A DNA stretch of 64,000 nucleotides, from assembly GCA_965112155.1 (NCBI GenBank), contig OZ218098.1; one strand, written 5' to 3'. The notes below the pieces were generated by a model. The model made no database searches, was not told the origin of the DNA, and saw only the letters and a list, made by a program, of their open reading frames with translations. The position numbers and the translations under genes were made by a program. Shown in pieces: positions 61,121-64,000 of the stretch. Origin of the DNA: Podarcis liolepis. Lineage: Eukaryota. Within the stretch, counting starts at the first letter, position 1, and every line of letters begins with the position of its first letter.

Positions 61121-62116
61121 TTCTTTCTTTGGTGATCACTCATAGCCGAGTAAGATTATCTTCCATAAACAAGGTTTTAACAGTGAGTCCGTAGGTGACT
61201 GTGGAGGCCAATTCTGGATCCACACGTCCTTCCACAGTGGGGACATTGGTTTCTGGGTGGAAGTTGATCACGGTGTGGATTTGCCAAGTGTGCCTTCCTC
61301 TTAGCATGTTTCTCCCTTGTGTCCTGAGTTAGAGTGTCTTCCAAGCCCATGATACCTTTGGTAAAGGCTGTTCTCCAACTGGAGCGCTCACATGCCAGTG
61401 TTTCCCAGTTGTCAGTGTTTATACTACATTTTTTAAGATTTGCCTTGAGACAGTCTTTAAACCTCTTTTGTTGACCACCAGCATTACGCTTTCCATTTCT
61501 AAGTTTGGAATAGAGTAGTTGCTTTGGAAGACGATCATCAGGCATCTGTACAACACGATCAGTCCAACAAAGTTGATGTTGAAGAATCATTGCTTCAACA
61601 CTGGTGATTTTTGCTTCTTCCAGCATACTGATATTAGTTCGCCTGTCTTCCCAAGTGATGTGTAAAATTTTTCAGAGACACCGTTGATGGAATCTTTTGA
61701 GGAGTTGGAGATGGTGTTTATGCGTGGTCCATGTTTCACAAGCATATAGTAAGGTTCACAAGCATATAGTAAGTACAATAGCTTTGCAAACAAGCATTTT
61801 GGTTTCCCTGCAAATGTCCCTGTCCTCAAACACTCTGCACTTCAATTGGGAGAAAGCCACACTCGCAGAGCTCAGGCGATGCTGGATTTCGGCATCAGTG
61901 TTGGCCCTGGTGGAAAGATAACTGCCTAGGTAGGAGAAGTGATCAACATTTTCCAACGTTACACCATTGAGTTGGATTTGTGCAGAGGGGTTATTTTGTA
62001 CTTATTGGTGCAGCACTTTGATTTTTTGGATGTTGAGTGATAGGTCAAGCTTTTCGTAAGCTTCTGCAAAGATATTTAGGATGGTTTGGAGGTCATCCTC
62101 TGAGCGTGCACATACT
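61121..62116 (-). mobile_element. RTE-clade LINE, 5'-truncated 3' kilobase
   Basis: ENVDHFSYLGS, RLPKQLLY..L..GKR..GGQQKRFKD.LK and terminal CPHC..IGLHSHLRTH; short (AAAG)n tail; 9-bp TSD ACATTCACT (61112-61120 and 62117-62125). Confidence 0.93.
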
Positions 62117-63560
62117 ACATTCACTATGTATCACTTGTTCCAATATAAATAGTATATGAAAGCAATTCTAATAAAATATCTTTGTCAACATTTTATAAAA
62201 GGAAACAATTCCTGTACTTGCGTGTAATGCTAAACTAAAGTTCAATGTTACATGCACCAGACTCATGCTCTTATTCTGCCCCCCTTCTCTGATGTGGATG
62301 CAAAACTAGAAGCATTTGCTTTTGTTTTCAATTAACCCTGGTTTCTTATGTGCAAATCTGCACACACTGTGGTTAGCGTTAACAATGGGTTTAGTGAAAT
62401 AAGCCAATACCAGCACAAGGTTAATTATTTGCAAAAGTCCACATGTACTTGGTGGATGAATAATATTTTAGAAGGACAGTATCCCATGTCTCTATCAACC
62501 TTCACTAAAATCCTCCAAAACCTAAGAGGGCAGCTAAGCAACCACACAGTTTCAAGATGTGTATATACATATGTGCAGAAACATACACATCTACAGATTG
62601 CTTACAGTTAGTCAAGAACCTCTCTAAGTTTCCTGTGGGAACTTTAGCTCTGACTTACACTGGATGGATTTTCCACTATGTCATCACTTTGCCTAATATA
62701 TCCAAAACCATAAAAAGCTATCACAGCTTGCACAGATCACAGTTCTCAGAAAGTCCTTCAGACTACTGATCTGGCAGCCTAAGGTAAATTGTGGAAATTG
62801 TTTTTTTGTAAAAGCATTCAATATTTTTATGAAGCGATTACCAAAAAATACAGCTTGTTTTTAATTTTTAATCTGTACATATTGGGATTCTAAGGATGAT
62901 GTGGAGAAAAGGTGCCCAGATTTGATACCAACCTGACCGCAACAGAATCGGCTTCTCCAGTTCAGCCAATTAAGCGGGGCAGCTTCTTTTATACAGTAAA
63001 CTCACACACAAACACATGCACTCAAACTAAATTGGTGTGCCATTCGTGTAGATAGGACATATCTGAGGGTTAGAGCCACCTTGTAAGTGACTATGATGAA
63101 GGAGTTTGGGCTCTTGCCATCCTTATAGAAATTAATGAATGCGAATTCCACCCCACCCCACCCCCCCCGTAGATCTATAAAGCATGGTTGACGTTTGTGC
63201 TTGGGGGGCCAAATCAGATAATGTGCAAATTCTCAATTCATCAAAATGTAATGTGAATTGGCTCTAATACAGGAAGAAGCTGAGAACCTGATATAAAGCG
63301 GTTCTGAACAAAATGCAGTGAATTAAAGCTGCATACACAAAGAAGAAAGTAAGCCTGGGGGATAGACAGGGCTTTCAGAATGACTTCACTGGTTGCTTCA
63401 CATGAAGACTTACATTACATCATTCTAGCCTCCACTGCCCAACAATTGAGCCCCTTCAACCCTGTAGCGCTCTTCTCACATTTGGGGCCCTGTTGCCTGC
63501 AATTTTCCCTCAGGATAATTGAGGCTAGCATGCCATTTGCTCTTATCAGGGGTTTCAGGT

Positions 63561-63834
63561 AAAGTGAGGTTTACAGGGAACCAGGCGAAAAGTGAGGTTA
63601 CAGGGAACCAGGCAGAGGGCCTTCGCGATAATGGCACCTGCCCTGTAGAATGCCCTCCCAGCAGATGTCAAGGCAATAAGCAACTATTTTACCTTTAAAA
63701 GACAACTGAAGACGGCCCTGTTTAGGGAAGTTTTTAATGTTTGATGCTGTATTGTTTTTAATATTTGGTTGGAAGCCACCCAGAGTGGCTGGGGAAACCC
63801 AGCCAGATGAGCGGGGTATAAATAATAAATTATA

Positions 63835-63880
<46 letters not shown>
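63561..63880 (+). mobile_element. L2 LINE 3' end with (ATT)n tail
   Basis: RAF...AP.L.NALP..V...FKRQLKTALF; stem-loop ggctggggaaacccagcc; (ATT)n tail at about 63841-63880; tandem duplication of aaagtgaggtt(t)acagggaaccaggc at the 5' junction. Confidence 0.88.
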
Positions 63881-63881
<1 letters not shown>

Positions 63882-64000
63882 GGTCTCAATCCTGTGGAAC
63901 ACCCTGCCAATAGACATTCAGTGGGCACCTGAGGTGCCAGCTTTTAAACACCTGCAGGCAATTAAGAGTACATTTCCCACAATGGTCTATTAATGTGAGC

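Overview
Vertebrate genomic DNA. The repeat content (Squam3-type SINEs, CR1/L2/RTE/L1 fragments, hAT and Tc1/mariner MITEs, Penelope-like elements) points to a squamate, probably a lacertid lizard. Two convergent genes are present. (1) The 3' half of HRAS on +: coding exons 216-375 and 1831-1950 (ending CVIS), a 3'UTR intron, and a terminal non-coding exon from about 5494. (2) A complete 13-coding-exon USP6NL/RN-tre-like TBC-domain RabGAP gene on - (ATG 39443, stop 17797, 920 aa by my exon assembly, all splice phases consistent), apparently a paralog of USP6NL rather than USP6NL itself. The most unusual structure is a young Penelope-like retroelement remnant at 36149-36706, inside a hAT MITE in an intron of the TBC gene. 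It carries three minimal hammerhead ribozyme cores, a perfect 91-bp inverted repeat, a 127-bp direct repeat and a 14-bp target-site duplication. Other leads are a candidate IDX-like poison exon in the HRAS intron, conserved HRAS 3'UTR blocks with tandem poly(A) signals, and a uORF-rich candidate 5' exon. No prokaryotic-type systems were seen. Comparisons to human sequences and repeat consensuses are from memory, not from alignment.
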